From the IMG/VR virus record IMGVR_UViG_3300030098_003180, positions 1 to 51,137 of that record: a stretch of DNA of 51,137 nt, one strand, 5' to 3'. A model generated the notes under the pieces. It saw only the letters and a list, made by a program, of their open reading frames with translations, did no database searches and had not been told where the DNA came from. This document shows, piece by piece, positions 1-11,400 of this stretch; the stretch's first letter is position 1, and every line of letters begins with the position of its first letter. The translations under genes were made by a program, and so were the position numbers. The DNA comes from a virus (lineage: Duplodnaviria > Caudoviricetes).

Positions 1-636
1 ATACAGGCTCCACCAGCTAGTATGAAGACTATGTTGCTACAAAACTGGGCTAATTACTTCAAGAAACAAACATATTTTGTTGAAATGGAAATGTCACCAA
101 GACAAATATGGTCTAGATTTGTACAAATTGAAATGGGATGGGATGAAAAACAATTATCTGAACATTATAAACAAATGAAAAATGGTATGGATAAGCGTTT
201 TGAATGGTTAACTGTTGATTATTCAGCGCCATATGCGCAAGAATTAGAACAAAGAATAACTAGCCTACCCATTAAGCCAGAAATAGTAATTGTTGACCAT
301 TTGGGGTTATTTAAGAGCAAACAAAAGGATAACAATATGAAAGTTGAGGAAGCATCTCAAGCTATTATGGAACTTGCAGTAAGACAAAACGTGATCGTCT
401 TTGCTGTTAGTGAGGTAAGTAAGTCAGCTTTCAAAGAAGGTATGGACATATCTTCATCTAGAGGTTCATTTAGAATAGCTTATAATGCTAATAAAGTGAT
501 ATCAATTAACCCATTTAAGAATAAAGAAACAGGTTTAGTGGAGCTATTAGACATTAAATGTGATAAAAATAGGGAAAAAGAGCACTTACAAGTAAGATTG
601 GCTGTTAATAATGTTAGAATAGAGAAATCAGAATAG
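1..636 (+). CDS. DnaB-like (SF4) replicative helicase, C-terminal part (5' truncated by window)
   Basis: Frame is open from base 1 (IQAPPASMKT, a variant Walker A). Also FVEMEMS, Walker B IVIVDHL, VSEVSK, and KNRE near the end, all typical SF4 helicase motifs. Confidence 0.85.
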   Translation: MQAPPASMKTMLLQNWANYFKKQTYFVEMEMSPRQIWSRFVQIEMGWDEKQLSEHYKQMKNGMDKRFEWLTVDYSAPYAQELEQRITSLPIKPEIVIVDHLGLFKSKQKDNNMKVEEASQAIMELAVRQNVIVFAVSEVSKSAFKEGMDISSSRGSFRIAYNANKVISINPFKNKETGLVELLDIKCDKNREKEHLQVRLAVNNVRIEKSE

Positions 637-643
637 GAGAACT

Positions 644-928
644 ATGTATTATAATACTAATGATGAAACAGGGGGAACTCTGAGGAGTAGTAGAGACGCT
701 ACAACAAAGCAAGAAAATATGATTCTATCTATATTTGAAACATATCCAAATGAAGGTCTTACACCGTTTGATATTGAAGATTTTGCACATGATCAAGAGG
801 TTAGCTGGCCTATAACAAGTATTAGAAGAGCTATTACAGACTTAACTAATGCTGGTAAATTAACTAAAACAGACACTAAAAAACTAGGTAAGTACGGTAA
901 GTTTGTACATACTTGGAAGTTAACGTAA
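644..928 (+). CDS. Winged helix-turn-helix DNA-binding protein
   Basis: AGGAG RBS; LTPFDI...PITSIRRAITDLTNAGKLTKT...TWKL pattern resembles small phage wHTH proteins. Confidence 0.6.
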   Translation: MYYNTNDETGGTLRSSRDATTKQENMILSIFETYPNEGLTPFDIEDFAHDQEVSWPITSIRRAITDLTNAGKLTKTDTKKLGKYGKFVHTWKLT

Positions 929-933
929 ATAAT

Positions 934-1016
934 TAGGGTGTAATGTTGTCGGGCCAAGATGTAGTAATAAGCAAATTAACAAATTGGTTGACGATACTAG
1001 GTTACATTGCACCCTA
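934..1016 (+). promoter_or_regulatory. Long intergenic stem-loop upstream of an RBS (processing or regulatory hairpin)
   Basis: TAGGGTGTAATGT (934-946) pairs with ACATTGCACCCTA (1004-1016), with inner GCCAA/TTGGT pairing. Followed by AAGGAGG and ATG at 1035. Confidence 0.6.
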
Positions 1017-1034
1017 TAAATTAAGGAGGCTGTA

Positions 1035-1268
1035 ATGGCTAAAAAAGAAACAAAAAAAGAATCTCTTGATATGGTATTGGACTTAATAGATACTGTAAAT
1101 GAAAGTATTAAAAACATTCATGATAGAGCAGATAATCTTCAACAACAAATAACTAAATTAACTGAAGCTACAAAACTAGATTCAGAATTACATCAAGGTC
1201 AAAATGAAATTAACGATGAGTTTGTAAAAATGGTTAATAGAATGGCTAAAAGGATGGGTATGGAATAA
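1035..1268 (+). CDS. Hypothetical coiled-coil protein
   Basis: AAGGAGG RBS; heptad-like sequence; TAATG coupling to next gene. Confidence 0.75.
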   Translation: MAKKETKKESLDMVLDLIDTVNESIKNIHDRADNLQQQITKLTEATKLDSELHQGQNEINDEFVKMVNRMAKRMGME

Positions 1269-1474
1269 TGGGTGCGCCTAATAAAAAGCCAACCATGATG
1301 GAAATGAAAAACGCAGTAAGCAATGTTATAAAACATGTTGATCAGTTATATCAATATGTGCAATCACTAGACTTGACGTTATCAGAGTATATCAAATTCA
1401 AATCAGACGAAACTACATTTAATGATCATTGTAAAAAGGTTGTAGAAAAACAAAAAGAGGAGAACAAAGAATGA
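1268..1474 (+). CDS. Hypothetical protein
   Basis: Translationally coupled on both sides (TAATG, ATGA). Confidence 0.75.
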   Translation: MGAPNKKPTMMEMKNAVSNVIKHVDQLYQYVQSLDLTLSEYIKFKSDETTFNDHCKKVVEKQKEENKE

Positions 1475-1677
1475 GTTGGTTTTGTCAAACAAAAGAAGCT
1501 GAAGAGCAATTAAAAAAATGTGAAGAGAATAACTGTCCTGATTGTGAGAAATGTATTTGGATATATGAGTCTTATAATGCTATGACAGAATATGGTACAG
1601 TTGTAGAGCCAGTAGAAAAACCTCACCCTTTATTAGACCAGATAATTGAGAAATTTAATGGCAAAATTGTTAGTTAG
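1471..1677 (+). CDS. Hypothetical Cys-rich protein
   Basis: GAGGAG RBS; ATGA overlap; C..C-x4-CPDCEKC cluster. Confidence 0.65.
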   Translation: MSWFCQTKEAEEQLKKCEENNCPDCEKCIWIYESYNAMTEYGTVVEPVEKPHPLLDQIIEKFNGKIVS

Positions 1678-1819
1678 CTGTAATAAATGTAATATTATGT
1701 GCAATCCTGTGTATGAATTAAGTACACTACGTAGTCAATTTGTATGCAAGGATTGTGCATTAAAAATAATGGAAGGATATTATGATAGAAGACTTATTGA
1801 ATCTGAAGAAACAGATTGA
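1658..1819 (+). CDS. Small zinc-finger protein (53 aa, not in ORF track)
   Basis: Manual translation MAKLLVSCNKCNIMCNPVYELSTLRSQFVCKDCALKIMEGYYDRRLIESEETD; two CxxC pairs; fills the gap between neighbouring genes. Confidence 0.55.
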   Translation: MAKLLVSCNKCNIMCNPVYELSTLRSQFVCKDCALKIMEGYYDRRLIESEETD

Positions 1820-2084
1820 TACTATGATAGAAACATATAAAGATTTACATCCAGACGAAGAATACGATGAGTATTCTCAAACACATACTGCCTATAGAGA
1901 TGAAGAAGATGAAAACTATCTTTTGGGTAGAGGTGTGTGGGATAGTGAAGAAGTACAAAAAGAAAGAGCTTTAAAAAAAATAAGGGAGGGAACTTATGAA
2001 AGCACGTTCCGCGAAAAACAAAGGGAGAAAACTACAAAACCTAGTCAGGGATCGCCTTCGCTCTGTGTATACGGAGATTCTTGA
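1782..2084 (+). CDS. Hypothetical acidic protein
   Basis: GGAAGGA upstream; acidic 100-aa ORF whose 3' end overlaps the next gene by 89 nt. Confidence 0.6.
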   Translation: MIEDLLNLKKQIDTMIETYKDLHPDEEYDEYSQTHTAYRDEEDENYLLGRGVWDSEEVQKERALKKIREGTYESTFREKQREKTTKPSQGSPSLCVYGDS

Positions 2085-2349
2085 GACGAATGATATTGAA
2101 TCCCAAGTTATGGGAATGAGTGGAGAAGATATTGTATTATCACCAGCAGCTAAAAGAGTTATACCTTATAGTTTTGAGTGTAAAAATCAAGAAAGATTGA
2201 ACCTTTGGGGTTCTTTAGAGCAAGCAGAAGGAAATTCACAGGACAGACAACCTGTATTAATATTTAAACGTAACAGGTCTAAGATCTATGTCGCTATAGA
2301 ATTTGAACATTTTATAGAATTGATAGACCCTAATTTAAGGGAGATTTAA
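1996..2349 (+). CDS. Holliday junction resolvase, PD-(D/E)xK family
   Basis: GGGAGG RBS; SAKNKGRKLQ...GEDIVL...SFECKNQE...PVLIFKRNRS, the typical phage Hjc-like pattern. Confidence 0.85.
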   Translation: MKARSAKNKGRKLQNLVRDRLRSVYTEILETNDIESQVMGMSGEDIVLSPAAKRVIPYSFECKNQERLNLWGSLEQAEGNSQDRQPVLIFKRNRSKIYVAIEFEHFIELIDPNLREI

Positions 2350-2516
2350 TGGATAAAAAAATGGCAACTGATCTTTTAAAGTTAGTATTGTATATACAAG
2401 GACAAGTAGAACACGCAGATAAAACTACTATATTTGGTATATTAAATACTATTGAAAAAAAGTGCAGAAAATTGCGAGGTATCTATTCTTATAGTGAATA
2501 TAAGGAAAGATATTAA
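2349..2516 (+). CDS. Hypothetical protein (55 aa, not in ORF track)
   Basis: AGGGAG RBS; TAATG coupling; MDKKMATDLLKLVLYIQG...YKERY; ends just before the terminator. Confidence 0.6.
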   Translation: MDKKMATDLLKLVLYIQGQVEHADKTTIFGILNTIEKKCRKLRGIYSYSEYKERY

Positions 2517-2546
2517 TAATGTGGGGGTCCTTCCACCCCCATATTA
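2517..2546. terminator. Probable bidirectional terminator between convergent modules
   Basis: TAATGTGGGGGT-CCTTCC-ACCCCCATATTA inverted repeat located exactly between converging stop codons. Confidence 0.7.
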
Positions 2547-5474
2547 ACTTAATGCAGCTAATGCAGCTAATCTAGTTTTTTCTTTTTCTAACTCTTTTTG
2601 ATTCTTTGTTTTTCTTTTAGAGCCACGTTCAAAATCAATATTAGGTAATGCAGAAGTAGAATTATAAGTCATATTAAATAATTTCTTTTTCTGTTTATCT
2701 CTCCATTTAGTAATCCATTTAGGTTTAAACATACCTGTTTCTATTCTAAATGCTTTTTCCCATTGACCTTTAGCAAGAGCTGGCATAGTTTTCCAGAAAG
2801 TTCTTGAACCTTGAATATTAAATATTCTACCTACTTGATACCACCAATCAGAATCATCAGGATTATAATTTAACTTTTTATGTTCTTCATATTCATCTGA
2901 TGTTAAGTTTAAAAAATCTGTTATTTCAGCAGCTGTTATAACATCACTTAAAAACGGTCCCAAATTAGCAACTATAGGACCTTTACCATAATAAGAGTCA
3001 TAATATTGTTTTTCTTTATCAGCGTCACCTGAATGATTCATATTACCTAAAAATTGTAAAAGCTTTGAACTCTCCTCCATAATAGGATTCTCTATTATAG
3101 ATACAGTTGCTTTATTGCTACCTCTACGTTTTTGATCCTCCTCAAAAGGAGTAATACCATAAACAGAAGCAAGGCCTCCAACATCAGCGTCTGATACTAA
3201 GGCAAATAACCCAGGTAACACAGAGTATAATGCAGCAGCTCTAAACATTCTTGTAAAACTTTGAGAAACAATCATTTTACTAGGGTCAAGTGGATCTCTT
3301 TCTGTAAATCTGAAACCTTTAACATCCCTAACTAAATCTTTTACCATATTATAATGTAAATCAAAGAAAGCCCATTTAAAATGTTGATACTGACCTATAA
3401 CTTTACCAGCACGACCTTGCAATATTCTAGCTTTAGCCCAGTTATCGTAATCAAAATGTAATTTTTTAACCATTTCAAATGCCATATTACCTGATGTAGT
3501 TTCAATATGATCATAAAGTTGTTTAGTTGTTGGTGCTTTACCAAGTTTCTGTTCTAATTGTTTTTTATGATAATCAAGTCTAGTCTTTTCCCCCATAAAA
3601 GCATGCGCAAAAGCCATATCAAATGTCTCAATTCTATTTCTATTCTCAGCCCACTTCATAAATGTAGAAAACTTATCAGCACCTTTAGCAAATTTATCAG
3701 CTATTTTTCTTGATGTTTCACCTTTAGTTGACCTAATTAGTTGACCTCTATTATTAACATCAAATCCTTCGGGTATAAGTATAACATCCATAGAACCTTT
3801 AGTTGCAGCAGAAACAGTACCTGCAGCCTCTTTAACGCCCATTAACATACCAAATCTTTTCTTTTGCCTGTTAATCATAGCTTCATTAGTTTGCTCTTTA
3901 CCATCAGTAGTAGAATCATATTCTCTAGATGTCTGATTTTTAAAATCTCTAGTTATTCTATAACCTCTTGTTCCATAAAATATCCAGTTATTAAAAGCCT
4001 GTGTTCTGTTTTTTAAAGCACCCCTGACACTAAAACCTAACTTGCTAGCATACTCAAAAGCGTTTATAGTTCTTACCATGTTATCCATAGCAGATGTAGG
4101 GCTTCCATTACTATATAAAGCACTATCCTTTATTTCAGTCATAATTTCTAATAAATGTTTTGAATAAGCACCAACATCCTTATCACCACCTTTTAAGTTG
4201 TTAGACCTTATACTTTCTAATAACGGTTTCATAGCTGAATGATAATTTAAATTAATTCTAGACCTTAAATTAAAAGATGCTACATCATTTACATATTTGT
4301 TTAAATAATAAACAGGATCTAAACTATAATACTTATCAGTTTCACCAGCTATTTTTAATCTATTAACAACATTTTCAGGGCTCAATTCTTTTTCTAATAT
4401 AGCTTCTACCTGCGCTGGTGTCATATTTTTCCAGTCAATACTTTTATTATCTGACTTTGCAAATGATGCTATTTGATGCATAATATCAGTTAATTCTATA
4501 ACATATTTAGGCGAATATTGTTTTAAACCTACTACATATTCACCCTCACCATTATACTTTTGGTATTTTTCATAAGTTTTAGTATAAGGATTAAACACTT
4601 TTAAATCACTTTCATTTTTCAAAACAAGCATTTCACCATCAGATTTATAATTTTTATTAAATTCTCTAAAATTCATCTTACTACTTACAAGTAAAGCGTC
4701 AATTTGATCTTGTACTTTTTCGTAGGCATTCATTAAATGTTTTCTGTTACCCTCATTAGTTACTGACTGAATTAATCTTCTTGCTGAAATGGCCCCATTT
4801 AAGAGGTTTTTCATACTCTCTACACGTAATACATTCCACTCACTAACTATTGTGTTTTCTGTAGGTGTTTTAGGCAGTGTTGTACCATCTAGTAATTTAT
4901 TATAACGAGTAAGTATTTTACCACCTTCAGTTGTTTCTGTAAATAATGTTAGCTTTCTTAATGCTTCAGTTTTTTCTTTAGGAGTAATAGCGTTCATAAG
5001 TTCAGCTTCTAAGTTTTGAAATTCTTTAAAACCACTTTTTGTAAAAGACTCAGTAAACATAGAATATAATCCATCTATCATAACCTTAACATGTCTTCCA
5101 CCTTCTTGTATTTGTCTTTGGTTATAAGACATAGATTCACCTATAGCTTGAACTAATTCATTACCACCTTTAATATTTCTTGCAAGTGCAACAGGTAGTT
5201 TGACGTTTTGAGAAAACCAACCCTGTCTTTTACCTAAAGTAGATCTCCATTCCATAACACCTGCTTTAAATACTCCTGCATCACCCTTGTCTATATGAAC
5301 AGTAGTAGGGTCCCAAGGTTTACCTGTATAGCGATGCCATAAAAATTCAAAATTCTCACTATTCATACCATCAAATTTCTTTATTAAAGGATCTTTAGTT
5401 AATCCAGCAACTACTTTCATAACTTCTTTAAAGTTTTTTCTTTGCGTACTATCTTTGGTTAAGCATAAAGCCAT
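2544..5474 (-). CDS. Large internal virion/ejection protein (976 aa)
   Basis: Last of four large co-oriented genes after the tail fibre; GGAG RBS; helical protein with a hydrophobic segment near the C-terminus. Function inferred from position. Confidence 0.55.
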   Translation of the reverse strand: MALCLTKDSTQRKNFKEVMKVVAGLTKDPLIKKFDGMNSENFEFLWHRYTGKPWDPTTVHIDKGDAGVFKAGVMEWRSTLGKRQGWFSQNVKLPVALARNIKGGNELVQAIGESMSYNQRQIQEGGRHVKVMIDGLYSMFTESFTKSGFKEFQNLEAELMNAITPKEKTEALRKLTLFTETTEGGKILTRYNKLLDGTTLPKTPTENTIVSEWNVLRVESMKNLLNGAISARRLIQSVTNEGNRKHLMNAYEKVQDQIDALLVSSKMNFREFNKNYKSDGEMLVLKNESDLKVFNPYTKTYEKYQKYNGEGEYVVGLKQYSPKYVIELTDIMHQIASFAKSDNKSIDWKNMTPAQVEAILEKELSPENVVNRLKIAGETDKYYSLDPVYYLNKYVNDVASFNLRSRINLNYHSAMKPLLESIRSNNLKGGDKDVGAYSKHLLEIMTEIKDSALYSNGSPTSAMDNMVRTINAFEYASKLGFSVRGALKNRTQAFNNWIFYGTRGYRITRDFKNQTSREYDSTTDGKEQTNEAMINRQKKRFGMLMGVKEAAGTVSAATKGSMDVILIPEGFDVNNRGQLIRSTKGETSRKIADKFAKGADKFSTFMKWAENRNRIETFDMAFAHAFMGEKTRLDYHKKQLEQKLGKAPTTKQLYDHIETTSGNMAFEMVKKLHFDYDNWAKARILQGRAGKVIGQYQHFKWAFFDLHYNMVKDLVRDVKGFRFTERDPLDPSKMIVSQSFTRMFRAAALYSVLPGLFALVSDADVGGLASVYGITPFEEDQKRRGSNKATVSIIENPIMEESSKLLQFLGNMNHSGDADKEKQYYDSYYGKGPIVANLGPFLSDVITAAEITDFLNLTSDEYEEHKKLNYNPDDSDWWYQVGRIFNIQGSRTFWKTMPALAKGQWEKAFRIETGMFKPKWITKWRDKQKKKLFNMTYNSTSALPNIDFERGSKRKTKNQKELEKEKTRLAALAALS

Positions 5475-5483
5475 ATATTCTCC

Positions 5484-8400
5484 TTAAAAACAAGACGACC
5501 AAGTCTCTTGCATTTTTTCTAATGCACTTATAGGTTTTGATTCTGTACCATTATGGTAACTGTTATCTCTAAATGTTTTCTTAGGCTGATACCAAGCACC
5601 ATCTTTACCTAACTGTATTACTGAGCTTCCTTCCCACATACCTTTCATAACAGAACTAATCTCGCTATGTGAAGGCATAGTGCCGCCTGGCCCCATTTTA
5701 TTTTGATTGCTTAAATTATATGTCATCCTATACAACTGTACAGGGTCCATAAAATACGAACCATTTACAAATTGAAGCATTAAATCTTGGCCTTGTCTTT
5801 GTAAGTTAGTATCAAATACAAAGTTAGGCAAATCTTTTAATGGAGAAATAAATCCAAATTGATCATATTTCCTTTTACTAGTTCCAAAATTAAATACATC
5901 TCCTTGCAAACTACCATCGTGCTGTTTTATAAAAGCTGTTTTAAATCTATCATTTAATCTCTGAAAAATATTATTAGCCTGTTCCATGCTCATAACATTC
6001 TGAGCCTCACCACGCATTGCTTTATTTAAAAACTTAAATACTAACCTTTCATTAGTGGTATTCTTTCTAAATGATGGGCTTAGTAAGTTGTTATTATTGC
6101 TATCTTTACCTATAATTTCCCAAGTATTATCTGAAACTTTAGGTACTAATAAATCAAATAAAAACTGCTGCATAATTTGTTCTGACTTTGCTGGAGATAT
6201 TTCTTTAACTCTTTGTAAAAAGTCTGAAACAACAACCATATCAATCTCACCCATCATGGAAAGCCTTCTAGAATCTAAAGGTTTAGTAGGGTCTGCATAA
6301 CTACGCCTTTCATTAGACAGAGTTTTAAAGAATCCATCCTTAGTATTAAACATAAGATTTCTAACCATCATTAATTCTGTTTCATTAAAGTTTCTAGAAT
6401 CTCTAGCAAAAGCATCATGCATTGCGCGTCTAACCATATTAACAGTTTTATCACCTAATATAATTTGACCTGGATTATTATATATAACATCACCTTTTCT
6501 TACTTCATATCTTTCACCTTGTTTAAACTCTCCTACTAAAAAGGTTTCTTCATTCCTTCTTCTATAAACAGCAATATGATTTTGAGCTACACCCTTTCTA
6601 TCTTTACGAACAATATTAGTTTTATGTAAATCATAAATATTAGCAGGGTCATTTAATTCTTTAACTATATTATCCCTAATCATTTGATTTCTTTTTAATT
6701 CACCTTGCCAATATTTACCACTTGATGTGTTTAATAAACCCTTTCTTTGCATTGAATTAACAACATCTTCTATCTTATCTATATTGAATATAATACTTTC
6801 AAGACCAGCAAATGTTTTTTGGTCAGACAGATATTTTTTTACTGCATCACTAACTTTACTGTCCCTTGTTTGAAGACCTAAAACTACTTCAGCAATAGAC
6901 GATTCAGAAGGGATAGATTTATGGAAATTTTCTTTAGAGTTTCTTAAACCTATCATAGCTTGAACAACAGGATTGGCAGACATGCCAGATCTAGTTTGAC
7001 CTTTTTTATATCCTTCACCTAAAAATCCTAACAAGTTATCCACAATTGATCCATATTCGTTTTGTTGGTAAGTTTTGGTAGTTTTATCAAACAATAAATT
7101 ACCTTTGTTGTCTCTTTTGAACGATGCAAATTTCATTAAAGATAAATTTTGCTCATACTTATACAACATTTCAAATGCAGACATTTTTCTAGATGTTCCA
7201 TCAGCGAAAGATTCTGTCATATGTATTAAGTTGTGTATACGATCCATTGGTCGTAACACTTTAGATATAAATCCTTCAATAGAAGTTTTAGGACTCAAAC
7301 CATCTCTATTTGCAGCACTAGGCAATTCTTCATAAGTAATATACTCAGCTTTATCTTTTACTTTTGACCTACGTATGTTTAAAAACCCATTTTCAGGATT
7401 TAGCCAAGCCTCTTTAACCATATCTACGTCTTGTATATTACCTCTTTCTTTATATATATCAATAGTAGATTTAATAAGGTTTTTAGTATGTGTCATAGCA
7501 TCTACAAATGCTGCATCATTCTTTAATTCAACAACATATTTTTCACCTTCATAATTAAACTCAAATAATTTAAAGTTTTTATTAGCACCTGTTACTTTAC
7601 CGTCTAAAATAGATTGAGAATACGCTGTTCCAGGTTTAAATAACTCTTGTTTAGTAGATATATATTGCAATAACGTACTAAGAGTAGACACTTGTCTCAT
7701 TAATGGTGCTCTTTTAGATTCTAGCTGCTTTAATACTGCTGCATAATTAGTCATCTGTAAAGGGTTATCCATTTTAACTTCGCTAAATGCTCTATCAAAA
7801 ACAGCCATACTTGCAGGATCATTATATCCAGCAACGTTATAAGCTTCTCTAACAACTTCACCAGGAAGTGCAAAGAAACTAGAAGATTTATCTAAATCAA
7901 AGTCAGCATCTTGAGGTTGTATTACGTCTAAGTAATTCATTTCACTAACTGGGCCTCTTCTTCTGTCTAATAATTTTTCAACACGAGTAATAACCCAATC
8001 ATTCATACCTACTTTAGGAACTCTAAGGTCTATTTTAGCAAGATGTACAGACTGAAAATCATTACCAGTCTTGCCTTTACCCCAAACAAAATTTCTCATT
8101 TTTTCAGTTACTGTAGAGGCTGCATTATTATTTCTTACATTAGGTTTATTTGAGTGACTTTCTAACGTATATGTTTGATTGTAATTACCAAATTTCCATT
8201 GAGTATTATCTAATGTCCCATTTAAATACATTGCTAAATCACCTATTGTTTTAATACCTTCTGACCTAAGAGCTGATTCCATAATAACATTATATGAATC
8301 TAAAATATGTTGCTCAAATTTAATAATTTGCTTACCTATATCATTAAGATTACCACCAGTTTTTTTCATATACTGTTGATGTGGTCCTACTATATGGCCA

Positions 8401-11400
8401 TCATGAGTAATTAATACATCCATACCAGTTTCAATACCAATTATATCTTGTTTATTTTTGAAGAACTTATTAATCATATTTTCATTTATTTTAAATACAA
8501 GGCTGACACCTTCTCTAGGATTTATTCTACTAACTTTACCGCCATCTCCTATTTTATACATACTTGATATATCTGTACTATGCTCTGAATAAGACATTCC
8601 AGATCCACCAAATGAATGTTGAACCCCGTTTCTTCTATCACCTAGAGAATAACCAGAACCTGCTGACATGACATTCATTTTGCCTGCACTTACAGAACTA
8701 GATGCAAAGTTTCTACTACCCATATAATCACTTGAAACCATTTTTTCTACAGAAGGTTGCATAAATTCAAACAAAGGTAAACCATTAGCATTTAATACAG
8801 CTTCTGCACCTATAAGTTTGTTTATAGTTCCACCACTTTCATGCTCAAAGTTTTTAAGTCTAGTTACTACTTTTTGATATGAAAATGGATTTTCTGACAA
8901 TGAACTAAATGTTTGTATCATTTCACTAACAACATTATTTTGACCAGTCATTTCAGCTAACGATCTAATAGCTTTGTTAGACATTAAATTACCAAATCCA
9001 TAACTTAAAGTAGCATCATGAATACCAGCTATAGATTTAATCATTATACCTTCTCTACCTATTTCAACAACTTCATTAACCGCATCTCTTGGTAATCCTT
9101 TTTCAAACATAACTCTTTGAAAATCAGTTTCACTACTTATTCTTTCTAAATGAACACCAGGCTTCCTTGTTTCTACACCATTTGAAACCTCATGAATCTT
9201 ATGTGTGCTTTCAAAGCCAATAGAATCAGTAAAATAATCTCCACCTATTTTCATAAGTTTGTCCATTTCTGGATGGAATTTATAAGCAGTTTTACCTACA
9301 TGGGTTACAAGTTCACCTTTAACAGAGTCGAAATGTTTATACATTTCAATAGGTTTGATAGCAACATTAAATCCTACAACAGTTTGAACAGGGACATACC
9401 TACCATCTTTTTTTATGTAGTTACCTTTACTATCCTTTTGCATAACTACTCTATTATTCATATCTAATTTATCACCCCAAATAAACCAATCTGTTCTTGC
9501 TCCTTTGCTCATTAACATAGCAGCCATTTCAGGTAAAGATAAATATTTTTCAGCATTTTGAGCTGAAGCGTGAATAGTCTCATAAGATTCCATAATCAAA
9601 TCAACTCTTTCTTGTACTTCAGACTTGTTTAATTTAGGATTATTAAATTGGATTTGTTGTATTAATTGTTCTTTGGCTAACTCTTTAGTCCCAAAAAAGC
9701 TTGCACCAAGACCACTCTCATCAAACAAGTTTAAAGTTCTATGTTTGGTTGGAGTTTTCCCGTCTTGACCAAAAAATTGTCTGTTATATATATCAACAAC
9801 TTCTTTCATGTTAGAGTTAGGATCTATAAATGTTTCAAGAAAATGTTTAGCAGTCTCTAAGTTTCTTTTAGTTAAAGCAAAACCTCCTCTAGGAGAGTCT
9901 AATTTTATGTATTTTAAATCTGATAACACTTCTTTTATTGTAGTATTTCCAGACATAACATCTGCTAATCTTTGACCACTAAAGGCATTTAATAATCTAG
10001 TAATAGATACAAGCCTTTGAACGTTTTCAGCGTTAGGCTCAATTTTAAAATTACCCTTACTATCCATTGTGGCGCCTAATTCTTTCTTAAAATAATTTTC
10101 TATTATTCTAGCCGCATCAGCAACAGGCATAGCAGTTGTTGCAAGTTCATTAATTAATTGTTTTCTTAAAGGACCTTCAGCTAATGACCATGCTTGTGTT
10201 ACTTTTTGCATAGAATACTGAGGTATAATAACTACAGTTTTTTCATCTAATTGAACAGGAATTAATTCTAACTGCCCTTTCTTTCCTTTACCACCTAAAT
10301 AACTTTTAAATTTATCAAAGAAAAGTATATCATTTTTAGATAATACCTCCCTAATACTTGGAGCTAAAGGTAATCCAGCAGCTAATTGATTGTAAACTTT
10401 TTGAATTTGTTCTGGAGGTAAAGAAGAACTTCTTGTTCCTTTATAAGATATTTCTGGACTAAATAATAATATATCACCCACATCAAACAAACCTAATGAT
10501 TGTTGTAGTTTGTTTATACCAACATTCCAATTAGAAATACTTGTTTCTTCTACATGAACCATGCCATTTTCATACTTCGCTAAATGAACCTTTTTAGAAC
10601 CTAAAGCGCTTTGCATTAAAAACATAGTATCTAGTATAAAATCTTCATATGTCCCTGGTTCTCTTCCATTTTTCTTTTGTCTGGTAATATGAGCTTCAAC
10701 TAAAGGTTTCATATTCTCAATAAAAGGTTTCATTACAACATCAATATACTGCTTTTCTGTAAAAGTACCTCTTATAACAGAGTTAATTCCATCTACTAAC
10801 ATTTCTCTATAAGTTATATCTTTAACACCTAAGTTATTAAGTAAATTAGTTTTAACTTGTCCTTGCATTTGATCTAAACGTTCAAACAATAATCTTGGTT
10901 GAGTTAATATATCGGACATTGTTTCAGCAGATATTCCCCATTTACTTTCGTATTGAGAAGGGCTAATAGATGTGTGGGTTTGATGTGGCCTACCAACACG
11001 ATCACTATTTAAAACATTATTGATTCTTTCTTCTATATAATTTTGAACATCTTCATAAGTTTCAAATCTACCAAGTTCATTCCTTTTATCTAAAGCTTTA
11101 ATAACTATAGATTCAAATTCTTGCCTTAAATTTTCTAAAGTTTTTGATGTTGCCTTACCAGGTTGTCCAATAATCAATTTTTGCTCAAATTGCTGCATTT
11201 TTTCACTTGCATCCATTAATGTTCTTAACCCAATTGCATCATTGGTTGCCATATATTTTTGAATTAAAGACAAAACATTTTCATTTACATTACTAATTTC
11301 AGTTACTTTAGTCATTAATTCTTTAGCGAGATCAGGTTTAGTGTCTAAAATAGATTCAGCTTGAGCCATTAGGTTCATAATTCTTTCCTGGATCTTATTG

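Noticed and set aside
920-1117. 65-aa minus-strand ORF
   Set aside because: Antisense to an RBS-bearing gene and overlaps a hairpin; shadow ORF.
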